Below, in pieces: positions 39,791 through 49,649 of a DNA stretch of 64,000 nt; the first letter of the stretch is position 1, and each line of letters begins with the position of its first letter. Under the pieces are notes generated by a model. It had not been told where the DNA came from. It searched no databases and saw only the letters and a program-made list of their open reading frames with translations. Origin of the DNA: Patescibacteria group bacterium UBA6017 (lineage in GTDB: Bacteria; Patescibacteriota; Saccharimonadia; UBA4664); contig DIZX01000009.1 of NCBI GenBank assembly GCA_002429485.1, positions 5,461 through 69,460 of the forward strand, read 5' to 3'. Both the position numbers and the translations under genes were made by a program.

Positions 39791-40141
39791 ATGTCTCAAG
39801 TTATTCAAAGCGAAGTTGTCGGCGAAACTGCCGATGTTGCACCAACTCAATCTTCAGTGTCGGAGAGGGTGCTGTCGATAATCGTTGGGTTTGTGGTTAG
39901 TATATTGGCGATTCGATTTGTGCTCACCCTGCTCGGAGCCAACCGTAACAACGGGTTTGCCGACTTGATCTATTCCGCGACCTATCCGTTGGTTGCGCCC
40001 TTTTTCGGGCTATTCGGGTATAAGTTTGAATACGGAGTGGCAAGGTTCGAGATTGAGACATTGGTCGCGATTGCGGTGTATGCCTTGATTGGCTACGGTA
40101 TAGGCCGTTTATTGGCACTGCGTCACCCCGAGGCTGCTTAG
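39791..40141 (+). CDS. YggT-family membrane protein
   Basis: IRFVL.LLGAN..N.F..LIY..T.PLVAPF. Confidence 0.8.
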   Translation: MSQVIQSEVVGETADVAPTQSSVSERVLSIIVGFVVSILAIRFVLTLLGANRNNGFADLIYSATYPLVAPFFGLFGYKFEYGVARFEIETLVAIAVYALIGYGIGRLLALRHPEAA

Positions 40142-40280
40142 TTCGCGAAATATCTCGTTAAAAAGCAAAGCGCCCCACCGAAGCAGAGCGCTTTCGTCAG
40201 CGATGAAAGGCTGACGTGCTCTGCCTCGATGAGGCAGTGTGACGACCTGGGATCAGGTTGTCACGGGTGGTGGCGGGCGA

Positions 40281-40982
40281 TCAGATGCCGCGGCCGTAGT
40301 TGGATCGGTTCCGGCGGTTTCCGAAGTAGCCGATCAACACGAGGATCAGGAACACACCGATGATCACGGCGCCGATCCACATGACAGTCGACATGATGCT
40401 TGAACCCAGTGAGGTGTTGGACGACACCGGGACGATCTCGCCGTTCTGGAGAACGTAGCCGCCGGGGTAGGAGTGGTGGAACCACGGGTTCCCGGCGAGC
40501 AGGTAGTTCGGCGCGTAGTACGGGCTGTCGTACAGTGTCCAGTACGCCGCGCTGCCGAAGAGGGGGTATCCCCCGTGGTAGGTGGTGTAGTAGTTGTGGT
40601 ACGAGGCCTGGGAGTAGTTCCAGGTGTGGCCGCCGCTGGAGTAGCTGCTGCCGCTCGCCCGGGCTGTCGACGGTACGCTCACCCTCGAAGACGGAGGGTT
40701 GACGATGACGGTCCGGCTCGAGAGAGGTGCGGCCCGTCCGCCCGAGTTGGACGGCGCCGAGACGCCACGACCTCCGGTGGTGCCACCCCCGCCGCTGATG
40801 CCGCTGCGAGGTGGTGAGTAGCTCTTGCTGCCGCCCGAGTTGGACGGTGCCGAGACAGCGCGACCGCCGCCGCCACCGCTTCCGCGAGCTTGGATGCTTG
40901 CGGCGGAAGCCGGTGATGCTGCGAAGATGAACAGGGCGGCCATGAAGGCCAGGACTGTGCTGAACGCTTTTCTGCTGGACAT
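40281..40982 (-). CDS. Exported Gly/Ser-rich, Tyr-rich protein with C-terminal TM
   Basis: AAGGAG SD, signal peptide, repeated VSAPSNSGG, Tyr-rich segment, TM with basic tail. Confidence 0.7.
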   Translation of the reverse strand: MSSRKAFSTVLAFMAALFIFAASPASAASIQARGSGGGGGRAVSAPSNSGGSKSYSPPRSGISGGGGTTGGRGVSAPSNSGGRAAPLSSRTVIVNPPSSRVSVPSTARASGSSYSSGGHTWNYSQASYHNYYTTYHGGYPLFGSAAYWTLYDSPYYAPNYLLAGNPWFHHSYPGGYVLQNGEIVPVSSNTSLGSSIMSTVMWIGAVIIGVFLILVLIGYFGNRRNRSNYGRGI

Positions 40983-40986
40983 AACG

Positions 40987-41685
40987 CTACTCCTTCTTGA
41001 AGTCGGGAAATGCGCTGAGTGCTGCATGAAGCCTTGCGTGTGCCTGGACCCGCTGTGAGAGCGGGGCTTCGTTCGGGAAGTACAACTGACGGATTCGGTG
41101 GAATGCCTCGTCGTCCGCAGATGTCCTTCTGTTCAGGTTGTCGACCGGCGGAGCAATCCAAATCCCGGCAAGCAGGGGGCTGCCCCCCTTTGCGACCGGG
41201 TAGATGAATGGCGCCAGGGTGGTCGGCCACTCGAGCTGCCCCAAGAGCATGCGCAACGCGGTGTTGAGCTTGTCCAGGGGCAAGTCGATCCAGCTGGGAA
41301 GTTGATATCCCATAACACCGATGACGCCGCCGTCCATGACAGCGTTGCCGACGAACGGGGGGTCGCCCAGAAAGTCGTAACGATTGCCGGAGGAGGTGAC
41401 CAGTTCGGCCGCCTCCGCCGCGCCCCAGAAGATCTCGTTGATCTCTGTTTGAGAGTACGTGTTTCGGGGCATGGCGAGGTAACCCACGACCGAACCGGCC
41501 TCGCGGGCCGAGTACAGTTGCGGGATGGCGGTTTCGTTGCCGGCGCCGTTGTAGAAGTGCTCGAGGGTCTTGTTTAGGTCAACGAATGGCCAGGTCACAT
41601 CCTGTCGGTCCGCAAAGGCAACGACGGCTTGGGTGACGAGGCCATTTACTGGCTGACCGATGTCGTAACACACTATGCAGTCCAA
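40987..41685 (-). CDS. Hypothetical protein
   Basis: AAAGGAG SD with TTG start, TTGACA-N17-TAAAGT promoter, high GC3. Confidence 0.65.
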   Translation of the reverse strand: MDCIVCYDIGQPVNGLVTQAVVAFADRQDVTWPFVDLNKTLEHFYNGAGNETAIPQLYSAREAGSVVGYLAMPRNTYSQTEINEIFWGAAEAAELVTSSGNRYDFLGDPPFVGNAVMDGGVIGVMGYQLPSWIDLPLDKLNTALRMLLGQLEWPTTLAPFIYPVAKGGSPLLAGIWIAPPVDNLNRRTSADDEAFHRIRQLYFPNEAPLSQRVQAHARLHAALSAFPDFKKE

Positions 41686-41927
41686 GGGACTGCTCCTTTC
41701 AAGGTTCGAGGGGCTCCCGACAGATGTGAGGAGATCTGGAATACTTTAACAGTATATATTCTACCTGTCAATAGTATTGTGAGCGTGTTGCGACTTTTGA
41801 CTGCCAAAATTTATGTACTTGACCTGACTAGCCTTATATTGTAGAGTACTTTACTGACACGCTCATATGGCGCGTCATTTTATGTCCGAGATCTCGGACA
41901 TCCGTTTTCGACCAGAGGAGCAATCCA

Positions 41928-42707
41928 ATGTCCGATCGCAAACATGGTCCCATCTCGGGATGGCTTCACCTGCTGGGCCGCAGCAACGCCGCGGCCCAGA
42001 CCCAGGCTGAGATCGACTTGAACGCGCGTATCAGCGCCGACGTCGTGCTCGCTCAGGGCCTGCAGTCCGCCGAGGACGACCACGACAACGTCGAGCTCAG
42101 CGCCGGCAAGGTCCAGCAGCAGCTGGAGCTCGCTCGCATGGAGCGTGACCGGTTGGCCAAGGAAGAGGCTGAGATCCAGGGCCAGGTCACCTTCCTGGTT
42201 GGCGAGTTCCACACGGCGCAGACCGCCGGGGATTCCGCCGCACAGGAGGAGGCCAAGAAGCAGGGCAGCGCAGCCGCAACGCGTCTCAAGGCCGTCCAGG
42301 ACGAGATCCACGCCAACGAGGTCATGCTGGCTGAGATGGAAGCCGCCGGGCAGACCGCCGATGACGCCACAGACGTGGCCGATCAGCAGCTCGAGGACTC
42401 GAAGCTGGAGGTCACACGGCTTCGGCAGATGCAGACGCGGGCAGCCCTTGCCCGTGCGACTACCCAGTCCCTCAAGGACGCGACCAGCTCGAACGGCGAC
42501 GGCACCAAGGCCACCCTGGGTGACGCGCGATCGAAGATCGAGACCGACTACGCCGGTGCCATCGGCGAGGCGCACGTGGTCGGGCACTCGGCTGCGGCGG
42601 GCGCAATCGCCGTCAAGGCCAAGATGCATCAGAAGGCCGGCAACGACCTCTTCGCGGCCGCACTGGCGGCGGGCAAGCAGGACAGCGTCCCGCAGCCCGT
42701 TTCCTGA
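41928..42707 (+). CDS. Coiled-coil protein, PspA/IM30-like
   Basis: GAGGAG SD; Ala/Gln/Glu-rich helical 259 aa protein with PspA-like length and pattern. Confidence 0.55.
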   Translation: MSDRKHGPISGWLHLLGRSNAAAQTQAEIDLNARISADVVLAQGLQSAEDDHDNVELSAGKVQQQLELARMERDRLAKEEAEIQGQVTFLVGEFHTAQTAGDSAAQEEAKKQGSAAATRLKAVQDEIHANEVMLAEMEAAGQTADDATDVADQQLEDSKLEVTRLRQMQTRAALARATTQSLKDATSSNGDGTKATLGDARSKIETDYAGAIGEAHVVGHSAAAGAIAVKAKMHQKAGNDLFAAALAAGKQDSVPQPVS

Positions 42708-42728
42708 CCCATCTCGGTCCGCACTACC

Positions 42729-42762
42729 GGTGACCCCAGTCGCAATCAGACTGGGGTCACCA
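42729..42762. terminator. Hairpin terminator
   Basis: GGTGACCCCAGTC-GCAATCA-GACTGGGGTCACC. Confidence 0.75.
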
Positions 42763-42835
42763 CCCCCACAGAATTTACAAGTCAGTTTGGCTTGCAGGTT
42801 GTGAAGGGTGATCTAAATTTTTTGCTTAGCTCGTA

Positions 42836-43807
42836 CTAGACGCCGGGGGTTGGCTTGGCCGCGGCGGCGGCGCGACGAGTGTGCCCGTGTACCGAGCGGC
42901 GGTAGCGGCGTTCGGCTGTAGCGTCGGCGTAGAAGGCCACGGGGCCGTGGACAATGACTGAATCTCGACCGCTGCGTTTGTCGGTGGTCAGAATAGCTTC
43001 CAGAGCGAACCGTTCGATAATCCATTCGCGGTAGGGTGTGACTTCGCAGATCGCCGTGATGCGCCAAATGTCATCATCGATTTTTTTGATTTCGGAAATA
43101 GTCAGCGGTTTGGGGATAGTAATGGGGCTCGAAGGAATTACCTTGAAGGCCTTTTTTACGATCTGCTCGCCCAGCTCGGGGTCGCTGACGAAGGTCTCGA
43201 TGGCCATAGTATGTGAAGCTGCCGCCGATACGCGCACGGCTTGGATGTGCTGATTATGTACCCAAATAATTTCACCGTTCATGCTGCGCAGTTTGGTGGC
43301 GCGCAGAGTGACTTGCTCGACCACTCCCCCGAGGTGCGGAAATGGCTCAATGACCACATGATCGCCCACGTTGAACCAATGCTCGGCGATCATCACGAAG
43401 CCGTAGGTGACATCTTTGAGCAGCGGTACGAGGGTGGCGCCACCGAGCAGAACAAAGATGGTACTGGCTCCCACGATGGCCAGCGGGGCGGTGGATGGGT
43501 TGGTGAGCTTCCAGGCAGCTACGAGCGCACCAATGATAACGACTACGCGACCAACGGCGACGCCAAGACTCAAAAAGGTTTCGAGGCGGCGGGTACGTAG
43601 GAAGCGTTCGCTGGCGGGGGTAGCTTCCATACTACGGGTGATACTGCCGGCCAAAACGGGCGCCATGCGGGCCATAAGTTTATTGAAGAAATAGGCAACG
43701 ACAAGAGCTAGGCTAAAACTGATAATAATATGAAACTCGCTCCAATTGGGTGTGAGCGGGGCAAAAAATTGCTGAAAACTGTGAGATATATAGTCGATAG
43801 GCACCAT
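42836..43807 (-). CDS. Small-conductance mechanosensitive channel (MscS family)
   Basis: Three TM, LLKDV..G, FNVGDHV, GVVEQVTLRATKLR...GE. Confidence 0.88.
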   Translation of the reverse strand: MVPIDYISHSFQQFFAPLTPNWSEFHIIISFSLALVVAYFFNKLMARMAPVLAGSITRSMEATPASERFLRTRRLETFLSLGVAVGRVVVIIGALVAAWKLTNPSTAPLAIVGASTIFVLLGGATLVPLLKDVTYGFVMIAEHWFNVGDHVVIEPFPHLGGVVEQVTLRATKLRSMNGEIIWVHNQHIQAVRVSAAASHTMAIETFVSDPELGEQIVKKAFKVIPSSPITIPKPLTISEIKKIDDDIWRITAICEVTPYREWIIERFALEAILTTDKRSGRDSVIVHGPVAFYADATAERRYRRSVHGHTRRAAAAAKPTPGV

Positions 43808-43942
43808 ATCATTGTAACGCTCTGGCTTGATATGGGTAACCCCGCAATCTACTGATGGTAATGCGGCGATATTTAAGGTACAGTCCAATGCATCTCTTCC
43901 CCTCTCCCCCTCCCACCTGACGATTAAGGATGTGGCTCGACG

Positions 43943-44449
43943 ATGCTTAGAGAAGTACTTTCCGATCCGGACATGGAGTCGTTACTGGCGAGCATGTCAT
44001 TCAACAGGATTTGGGACGCCAACAGCAAGTTGGCTGTAACCCTCAGTCTTCATCCTGAGTTCATCGTGGACGACATTCAGGCCTTCATCGCCAACCTCGA
44101 TGCTAGCTTGATAGAGCTGGTGGCATCGGGCAGCGTTAATCCCGTGAAGTTCACAGTTTCCCAGGATGATGTTTCGCCAAACCCCGCTACGTGCAGCCAG
44201 ACCAATTGGACCGCTCTGGCGAGCTTGATGCACTTCTTGCCGCGCAATTTCGCCCCGTGCATGGTGCCGCCTCGGCTTGCTCTGGCGGCGTACGCTGCAT
44301 TGGTACAAGGTGCCGAGGAGTTAGCGATCCTTGGCTATGAGGCTGCGAACGTCGAGGCGATAATCGGCAGATCAATGTCATTTTCGATGGCAGTCGGCGA
44401 AGACTTCGTGGACTGGGCTGCTTCCTGCCCGGACATGGTGGCCGGTTAA
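43943..44449 (+). CDS. Hypothetical protein
   Basis: 168 aa ORF with AAGGA SD filling the gap; no family recognised. Confidence 0.55.
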   Translation: MLREVLSDPDMESLLASMSFNRIWDANSKLAVTLSLHPEFIVDDIQAFIANLDASLIELVASGSVNPVKFTVSQDDVSPNPATCSQTNWTALASLMHFLPRNFAPCMVPPRLALAAYAALVQGAEELAILGYEAANVEAIIGRSMSFSMAVGEDFVDWAASCPDMVAG

Positions 44450-44542
44450 CACCATTGCCGGCAAAATCTCCACCCCCGGGGCGGCATTACGTGCTGCCCC
44501 GGGGAACCCCCATTACGCAATTATTTGGTATGCTACATATCT

Positions 44543-46057
44543 ATGGATCAGGCACTGGCGCTCGAAATTATGATGGCGGGAGAAAGTATATTGCTCACGG
44601 GGCCGGCTGGCTCGGGTAAGACGTATGTGCTGGCGGAGTTTATTAAGTTGGCTAAGCGCGACGGGCGCACGGTGGCGGTGACGGCCACTACGGGTCTGGC
44701 AGCCAGTCATTTGAACGGATCGACGATTCATTCGTGGAGCGGAATTGGGATTGCCGATGAGCTGCCCCAGGATTTTGTGCGAAATCTGTCGAAATCGCGG
44801 CACGATATTATCGTAAAAACCGACGTGCTAATAATTGACGAAATTTCGATGCTGCACGATTACCGGCTCGATATGGTGGACGAGGCAGCGAGGCTGGTGC
44901 GCAAAAGCGCTGAGCCGTTTGGCGGCATTCAGGTGATATTGTGCGGCGACTTTTTTCAGCTGCCGCCGGTGAGCCGGTCCGACCAACGGGGAGGCGGCTT
45001 TGTGGTGGATTCGCAGGCGTGGAAGGCGCTTGATCCAGTGATTTGCCGCCTTAGCGAGCAGCACCGGCAAGACGACGAAACTTTTTTGACCGTGCTCAAT
45101 GCGCTTCGTGCGGGCGAGATTCGCCGCGGGCATGCCGAGACTCTGTTGGACCGTATGGATGTGCCGCTGGAGGGGGCGGTGACCGAGCTGCATACCACCA
45201 ATGTTGATGTGGACCGTATAAATGAGTCACAGCTGGCGAAGATACCCGGCGAAGAGCAGAGCTACCAGATGACTACCACGGGCAAGGCCAATTATGTGGA
45301 GTCTCTGAAACGCTCGTGTTTGGCACCGGAAATACTAACGCTGAAAATCGGGGCGTTGGTGATGTGTATTAAAAACGCTCAGGACCGGAAATACGTTAAC
45401 GGCTCACTCGGGGTGGTGACCGACTTTGAGACGCTCACGGGATACCCGACGGTCCAGCTGCGCAACGGGCGGACTATAACGATGCTGCCAGATTCGTGGG
45501 AACTGCGTGACGGCGATAAAAAGCGGGCTTCGCTGACGCAACTGCCGCTGCGGCTGGCGTGGGCGATCACGGTACATAAGAGTCAGGGTATGACGCTCGA
45601 TGCCGCGCGGATTGACCTGCGCCGAGCGTTTGTGCCGGGCATGGGCTACGTTGCCCTATCGCGGGTTCGGAGTTTGGCGGCGTTGAGCCTAGTGGGGATC
45701 AATAAGATGGCCCTTACGGTTTCGCCCGAGGCGCTGGCGATGGACGGCGTACTGGCCGCCAAGGGCGAGGCCGATGCAGTGCGGTTTGGCCATCTGGCGG
45801 AGGCAGCCGCGGCACGCAAAAACGCGCCGGAAAAGCCGGCGAAGTCCTCGAATTGGTCCGGCAAGCTCGAGGGCATGCGCGCTACTTATCCGAATGCTTT
45901 TAAGCCATGGCCCATCACCGATGACGACAAATTGAGGGAATTATTTGAGGGCGGGACGGGACTGAAAGATCTCAGCGCGGCGCTGGGACGTCAGCCGGGC
46001 TCGATTACGGCTAGGCTCAAGAAGCACTTTGGCGAGGGCGTAGAGGTCGCGCGGTAA
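44543..46057 (+). CDS. PIF1-family helicase
   Basis: TGPAGSGKT, IIDEISM, PFGGIQVILCGDFFQLPPV, LAWAITVHKSQGMTLD, YVALSR. Confidence 0.95.
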   Translation: MDQALALEIMMAGESILLTGPAGSGKTYVLAEFIKLAKRDGRTVAVTATTGLAASHLNGSTIHSWSGIGIADELPQDFVRNLSKSRHDIIVKTDVLIIDEISMLHDYRLDMVDEAARLVRKSAEPFGGIQVILCGDFFQLPPVSRSDQRGGGFVVDSQAWKALDPVICRLSEQHRQDDETFLTVLNALRAGEIRRGHAETLLDRMDVPLEGAVTELHTTNVDVDRINESQLAKIPGEEQSYQMTTTGKANYVESLKRSCLAPEILTLKIGALVMCIKNAQDRKYVNGSLGVVTDFETLTGYPTVQLRNGRTITMLPDSWELRDGDKKRASLTQLPLRLAWAITVHKSQGMTLDAARIDLRRAFVPGMGYVALSRVRSLAALSLVGINKMALTVSPEALAMDGVLAAKGEADAVRFGHLAEAAAARKNAPEKPAKSSNWSGKLEGMRATYPNAFKPWPITDDDKLRELFEGGTGLKDLSAALGRQPGSITARLKKHFGEGVEVAR

Positions 46058-46064
46058 GGGAGCG

Positions 46065-46625
46065 CTAGCGCAGAACGTCGATGACGGTGGGGGCTTGATT
46101 GGTCCAGCCGAAATCAACGTAGAGCAGTGGGTGGGCCAGCCGCTTCGGTACGGCAAACGAGATTTGGCCGGTGACGGTTTGGCCGGGAAGGACAGAGGCT
46201 GCGGCCAGCGGGTTCTTGATGGCTATGGAAGGATGCATGACGAAGGTGTCACCCTCGCGGTCGCGGACGTACAGCTGAGTGGTCGGAGTGAGATCCTGCT
46301 TGCCGGCGGTGTGATTGGTAATTGAGATATCCATGATCAGCATGGTGTCGGTGGTGTCGATTGTGAAGGCCGGGTCGAAGGCGGAGCTTTCGGTGACGTT
46401 GCTGACTTTGACGGTGTAGTTCTTGGTTTCGTCTGCCTGAAGTGAGGTTAATACGAGATTGGAGTTGGCGATAACGCGCGGGGCGGGCTGCGTACTGTCG
46501 TGATATATGCGGTTGGTAATGTAGGCGGCGTTAATGATTAGCAGCACGATTAATGAGGTGAGCACGCCTGCCCAGCTCATAAAATGGTCTCGAACGCGGA
46601 AATGACGCGGATGGATTTTTTTCAT
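46065..46625 (-). CDS. DUF4352-like membrane-anchored Ig-fold protein
   Basis: N-terminal TM; MDISITN...D.EG...VLPGQTVTGQISFAVP. Confidence 0.8.
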   Translation of the reverse strand: MKKIHPRHFRVRDHFMSWAGVLTSLIVLLIINAAYITNRIYHDSTQPAPRVIANSNLVLTSLQADETKNYTVKVSNVTESSAFDPAFTIDTTDTMLIMDISITNHTAGKQDLTPTTQLYVRDREGDTFVMHPSIAIKNPLAAASVLPGQTVTGQISFAVPKRLAHPLLYVDFGWTNQAPTVIDVLR

Positions 46626-46639
46626 AATTGATCCTTAAA

Positions 46640-49072
46640 TTACGGTTTAGTGGCGTCCCAGTATCCGACCAGGTAGGACAAGATGGAGCTGGCAGTGTTG
46701 TTGGAGCCACCGTTGGTATGGTTATGCGTGGTGTTGCCATTGCCGTCGGTGTAGCCGGATATCGCGGCTTGGCCGAGGAGTATGGCGTGGAGGTCGTGAT
46801 TGCAGCTCGAAGCGGCACTCTCAAGTGAGCCGGCTTGTTGACCGCCGGGGTGCTTGGGGCGGAAGCCGGTGATGTTGATTACGCGGTTGAGATTCCAGCC
46901 CCAGCAGTTGCCGACCGTGGCGTGGCCCGCGAGGTTGGTGGGGCCGTAGCAGGGAGAGCTGCCGCCGCAATAAACGGGAGCCGGATTGGAGACGGTTAAA
47001 GTCGCGGAATTGGCGCCGGAGCCGCCCGTGTTGGTACAAGTCAGGGTGTAGGTGTATGAGCCGGCGCTGGCGATGGTACCGGTACTCACGCTGCCCGATG
47101 CCGCTTTTGAGCCCGTCCAAGATCCGCTGCCCACGCAACTTGACGGGCTGGCGGAGGCGCTCCAAGTAATTGTGGCAGCGCTGCCGGTGTTTATTGAAGT
47201 TGGTGCCACAGAGATAGTGATGATCGGAACCGCGAGAACCGTGAGCGTGGCCGACTTTGTATTTGATCCGGCACTGTTGCTGCAGGCCAGGGTGTAAGTG
47301 AAGGTGCCAGATGAGGCCATCGTGCCGGTATTGGTGCTGCCACTGCCCGCTACGGCTCCGCTCCATGAACCCGAGGCGGTGCAGGAGGTCGGATTGTTGG
47401 TGGTGCTCCAGCTCAGGGTGGAGCTGCTGCCCGTACCAATATTGGCCGGAGACATTGATATCGTGACTACCGGGGCTATCGCGCCGCCGGCGCCCGAGGT
47501 GACGTTGACGGTAGTATTCGCGGCATTGCTGCCGCCGGCGTTGGAGCAACTCAGGGTATAGCTGTAGGTCTTGATGGTGCTCAAAACGCCGGTGTTTTGG
47601 GTGCCGCCGGCCGACTTGGCACCCACCCAGTCGCCAGAGGCAGTACACGAAGTGGGGCTGTTGGTGGCACTCCAGCTCAATGTAGAGCTGCCGCCGGCGG
47701 TTATTGAAATCGGGTTGGCGGAAAGTGAAACCACCGGGGCGGCGGGAATTTTAACAATCAGGGCGATGTTATTGGCAAAACCGGTGCCGCCGGAATTGGT
47801 ACAGGTGAGGTTGTAGAGGTAAGTTCTGGCGGTATTTAGGGTGCCGGTGCTGATGCTGCCGCTGGCCGCTTTGGCGCCCGACCAGTCACCCGTGGCGGTG
47901 CAGCTGCTCGGGCTGTTGGTGGCGCTCCAAGTGAGGGTGGCAGCACTCCCCGCGAAAATGGTTCCCGGGCTAACCGATAGCGAAACAACGGATGGGTTGG
48001 GCAGGACCTGAATGACGGCTGTGTCGACGGTGCTGCCGGTGCCATTGCCGCAGCTTATGGTGTAGGAATATGTCTTGATGGTGTTGAGGGCGCCCATGGC
48101 CTGAGAGCCGCCGCCGGTAGCCTTGGCTCCTGTCCAGTCCCCCGTGGCGGTGCAGGAGGTCGGGGTATTGGTGACAGCCCAGGTCAGAGTGACGGCTGTT
48201 CCTGGGGTGATCGGGCCTACGGGGTTGCTCGAGAGTGATACGATCGGCAGATTGGGCGGCGGAGTGGCGGCTGCTACGGTGGCGGTGGCGAAGCCGGTGC
48301 CGCTGGAATTGGAGCAGCTGAGGGTATAGGTATAGGTTTTGGCGATGGTGAGGGCGCCGGTGCTGGCCGTGCCGGTGGCCGATTTTGCGCCGCTCCAATT
48401 GCCGCTCGAAGTACACGAGGTGGGGTTGTTGGCGACGCTCCAGCTGAGCGTGGAGCTGTCTCCGGTATAGATCGAAGTCGGAGTGGCAGCCATGCTGACC
48501 ATCGGCCGGGTGGCGCTGCCCGTCCCGCCTTGGTCGGTAGCGCCTACGCCGATGGTGGCAAAGCCGGTGCCGGTGGCGTTTTTGCAGGTGAGGGTGAAGA
48601 GATAGGTCTGAACGATGGTGAGGCGAGGAGTGGTTTCTGAGCCGCTAGTCGCTTTTGCGCCGCTCCAATCGTCGCTGGCGGTACAGGAAGTGGGGTTGTT
48701 GGTGACACTCCAGCTGAGCTTGGCGGTGCCTCCGGTTGCTACCGAGGCGGGGTTTGAGGTGAGGGTGATGACCGGGCTGTTGGTGCCGGTGTTGCCGCCC
48801 GTACCCACGGCGATACCGCCGCCAGGGAGGCTGGCGGTACTTTTGTGGTTGCCCGCTGTTTGGGTGGGAACGGGCAGTGCCAGACCAGTAGACTGCCGAA
48901 GTTTCTGGTTGTTGACCAAGATCGTAAATAAGCTAAATGACAAGATGGTCAGGCTGATGATGACCGTCGAGATGCCAAGTAATATCTTGGTGCCCTTGGG
49001 TCCGAGCTTCGGCGGCCCCGGCAGGGGGATGAGAGCGTTTGGCTCGTTTAAGGTGATGACTACGGGGTCCAT
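46640..49072 (-). CDS. Membrane-anchored protein with 7 Cys-paired Ig-like repeats and a C-terminal cytochrome b5-like domain
   Basis: TM; seven ~85 aa repeats P.V.L...P..I..G...TL.W...N.P.SC...G.W.G.K...Y.L.C.N..G; C-terminus LAGHAT.GNCWG...RVINIT.F...HPGG...C.HDL...HNH...YLVG. Confidence 0.85.
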   Translation of the reverse strand: MDPVVITLNEPNALIPLPGPPKLGPKGTKILLGISTVIISLTILSFSLFTILVNNQKLRQSTGLALPVPTQTAGNHKSTASLPGGGIAVGTGGNTGTNSPVITLTSNPASVATGGTAKLSWSVTNNPTSCTASDDWSGAKATSGSETTPRLTIVQTYLFTLTCKNATGTGFATIGVGATDQGGTGSATRPMVSMAATPTSIYTGDSSTLSWSVANNPTSCTSSGNWSGAKSATGTASTGALTIAKTYTYTLSCSNSSGTGFATATVAAATPPPNLPIVSLSSNPVGPITPGTAVTLTWAVTNTPTSCTATGDWTGAKATGGGSQAMGALNTIKTYSYTISCGNGTGSTVDTAVIQVLPNPSVVSLSVSPGTIFAGSAATLTWSATNSPSSCTATGDWSGAKAASGSISTGTLNTARTYLYNLTCTNSGGTGFANNIALIVKIPAAPVVSLSANPISITAGGSSTLSWSATNSPTSCTASGDWVGAKSAGGTQNTGVLSTIKTYSYTLSCSNAGGSNAANTTVNVTSGAGGAIAPVVTISMSPANIGTGSSSTLSWSTTNNPTSCTASGSWSGAVAGSGSTNTGTMASSGTFTYTLACSNSAGSNTKSATLTVLAVPIITISVAPTSINTGSAATITWSASASPSSCVGSGSWTGSKAASGSVSTGTIASAGSYTYTLTCTNTGGSGANSATLTVSNPAPVYCGGSSPCYGPTNLAGHATVGNCWGWNLNRVINITGFRPKHPGGQQAGSLESAASSCNHDLHAILLGQAAISGYTDGNGNTTHNHTNGGSNNTASSILSYLVGYWDATKP

Positions 49073-49080
49073 ATTGGGTC

Positions 49081-49587
49081 CTAGAGCTTGATTACGTTTG
49101 GCGCAGCAGCGGCGTCTGATTGATAAATGAATTCGGCCGGCACCGCAGTATTTGGAATATCAAAATCGATACTGAGATCGGAGCGGGCGCCGGGCTCGAG
49201 GGGCCCGCCGATTATTTGCCTCGGGGCAAGATATTTGGCTGTCATGTCGTGGAGTTGCCCGGTACCTGTATGCAGGAACATTTGAAGCCCGGGCGAAACC
49301 TGGAGAGTCTTGGTGGATAGATTTTGAAAAGTCAGGTTTACGGTTATGCGCTTTTTTCCCGAAACAGGATCGGGTTGCACCTCGGTGACGCCGCTGACGA
49401 TTATGTCGGAGTCGGCGGTGTGCGCGCTTCGACTGGTCGCATTAGTGGAGGTCTGGCTCAAGACGTTGCCGTGTTGGCCAGGAATGATCGTGTTGAGCAC
49501 AACGGTGGCTGCCAGTAAGGTGCCAACAGATGTAGCTACCGAAATACCGACAACCTTGTGGAGATGAGCTTGTTTTGGCAGGTTCAT
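49081..49587 (-). CDS. DUF4352-like membrane-anchored protein
   Basis: TM; VNLTFQN...PLEPG......FDIP. Confidence 0.7.
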   Translation of the reverse strand: MNLPKQAHLHKVVGISVATSVGTLLAATVVLNTIIPGQHGNVLSQTSTNATSRSAHTADSDIIVSGVTEVQPDPVSGKKRITVNLTFQNLSTKTLQVSPGLQMFLHTGTGQLHDMTAKYLAPRQIIGGPLEPGARSDLSIDFDIPNTAVPAEFIYQSDAAAAPNVIKL

Positions 49588-49649
49588 CAGGAATTACTAA
49601 ACTCTTATCACGTAATATGTCTGAATTTTAGCATAACTGTTTTGGCTAT

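Noticed and set aside
46975-48780. Periodic DNA similarity that could suggest a CRISPR or tandem DNA array
   Set aside because: Degenerate ~255 bp in-frame protein repeats with no constant repeat/unique spacer structure and no cas genes
27636-49072. Sortase substrates among nearby exported proteins
   Set aside because: No convincing LPxTG plus TM plus basic tail signal found; the stalk proteins are N-terminally anchored
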